This document shows positions 62,162-64,000 of a stretch of DNA of 64,000 bases, in pieces. The translations under genes were made by a program, and so were the position numbers. Under the pieces are notes generated by a model. It was not told the DNA's origin and did not search any database. It saw nothing but the letters and a program-made list of their open reading frames with translations. Within the stretch, counting starts at the first letter, position 1, and each line of letters starts with the position of its first letter. This DNA comes from Phallusia mammillata (taxonomy: Eukaryota): positions 16,058,001-16,122,000 of the forward strand of contig OZ281494.1 of the NCBI GenBank assembly GCA_965637545.1. Reading direction: 5' to 3'.

Positions 62162-64000
62162 GGTCAATCCGTTGCTTACAAATTCACGGACAATTGCTGG
62201 TACGCATACCAATGTTGGGGAACCAATTAGCAACCGTAGAAGTGGAACTTACGAACAAAAGTAAATAATGAACTTTTTATTTCCATGTCTTGTTGAACCC
62301 CGGTCGATTTGCTAAACCTTTATGAATAGTGTTAAAAGATGTTAAAAGATCATTTTTTATAGTGATTCTTTGTTGGATTTGCATGCTTTGACTTTACTGT
62401 GTCGTTTTCTCCGTGAAATTCCGTGAAAAATCTCCTTTTTCTCATACTGAACATCAATGTTGTGAATCGAACAATACACATACATTATTCTACGTTTCCA
62501 AGCAGAACGAGGCTTTGTTTTGTGTGGAAGTGTATGCTTATTTTTCGCTTGCAAAACCACCTGCAAAGCTCATAATCATAGCAAACCATGGAACTATACC
62601 AGTTAACCTTTGCTGTTACTCTGTGCATACAAAGATTTGCACAATTTAAAGAGAATATAAAACACACACAACTGGACTTTTCATGTTTAATAATGTCCAT
62701 TTACAGCTTGAATTAACGCTTAGATTAATTTAGCAACCATTTTTGGATCAAGGCTTGGGCGCGTTGGCAACTACATTTTTTTTAAATCGTGGATATAATT
62801 AAATGCGGGCATGTTTAACCAAATCGGTTGCTTATTAACAAGAAAAAGCATAGCTGTGGTATTAAGAACAGCGATATTTATTACATGCAAGTTATCTGAT
62901 AACAGGTGTTAAAAAGTTAACGTTTAAAAATATTCAACGTTTACTGGTAGTCTATCATTTGTGCGTTGCAGTTGTATCCGAAGTTTCAGTTGTTCCATCA
63001 CTAAAAACCAAAAACATTTTAACAAGAATGATTGTCTCGTCTTCACCATATGTGAATCCGTTTCCGCGAAACCTGATGTCCCATTCATACCACCTCCTAA
63101 ACTGTTGAACTGGCAGGTTTATACACTTTGCGTTTTCATGGCAAGTACCACAAGTGCGCCGTCTAAAAAGCGACCTTATATCATGTCTAAAACGCCTACC
63201 TATGATTAGATCCGGACTAAACGTTATTTTTTTGAAACAAATTCGAATCATGATCAAAAGTCTGTGAAAATGCGGCAAAAATGATGCCGAGTGTAAAGCC
63301 ATGCCGGAATCAAGTCCGTTTATTGAAACTCAAGTCCGAACACGGCCTGATCCAAACCGGCCCTTAAAAAAGGTTTAGGGTTACACGCGAGTACGACGCA
63401 CTCGCTTTCAGGTAATGTTTTTTTTTTTATGGCGTCGTTTGACGCTACAGCCTTGCTGCAATGTTGCACAGCCAAGTGTCAGACAAAACAAGTTTTCAAA
63501 AACATGCGCATGTAAAGTTGGATCTGGTTAAACAAGGAAATAAAAGTTATGTGTTGTTCCTTATCCACTGATAACATTCAAACATACTCGCCAACTGACA
63601 ACCATCAGTACTTTTTTAACAGGGGTCTCTGTATTTGGGATATATAACCCAGGGCTTTTGATTAAAGCCAGGTCTCATTATACGAACAAGAGCCTCAGGC
63701 GCTGTTGACGTTCAGCAAGTTGTTTGAAATATGAATATGAAAAGCTTTAGGCATACGCCAACAAACACGATGTTTAAATAACACTTCCTTTGAAGAAAAA
63801 GTAACAATAAATATTAAAAAAGAAAAAAAAGCTGTCTGGTGTTTTCTGCAAATTGAGATTTAGTGTTAATATGTTAAAATTATAGGCAGAATAGAAAGAA
63901 ATTCAACACGTTGATGGTGAGCGTCACAAGGAATTTCTGCATTAGGAAGTACGCACAAGTTTCGACAAATGATGAAATGCCAACTGTTTTTGTCCGCTTA

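Overview
Eukaryotic, AT-rich genomic DNA with short introns. The organism is probably an invertebrate deuterostome such as an ascidian; this is an inference from intron size and gene content. The first ~13.3 kb is ordinary single-copy sequence: the 3' part of CDC45 (+), a two-exon Misato/MSTO1 (-), and a subgroup-B thrombospondin (-; LamG, coiled coil, EGF, type-3 repeats, C-terminal domain) with an antisense tRNA-His in one intron. From ~16.4 kb to the end the window is a rearranged tandem cluster of two gene families, reconstructed here by hand-splicing. Family A has 4 full-span copies (A1 and A2 intact, A3 and A4 frameshifted) plus fragments. It encodes 7-exon type II membrane proteins with a stalk, a dibasic KR site and a spongin/short-chain-collagen-C4 C-terminal domain, but no Gly-X-Y helix. 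Family B has 8 copies (B1-B5, C1, C2, D; 4 look intact). It encodes 5-exon type I membrane proteins with a 6-Cys divergent CUB-like ectodomain and three unrelated tyrosine-bearing cytoplasmic tails: EDPxYxN[V/L/M], IYGL..HYxAYSL, and a canonical ITSM TIYAEV. A and B genes occur head-to-head across a shared promoter-like segment in a ~11.4-kb repeating module. This looks like an undescribed paired-receptor (possibly ligand-receptor) recognition locus evolving by birth and death. The cluster also carries many hAT, Tc1 and MULE MITEs, a solo LTR, LINE fragments and a Penelope-like GIY-YIG fragment with a degenerate hammerhead ribozyme. All exon models were made by eye; functions are inferred.
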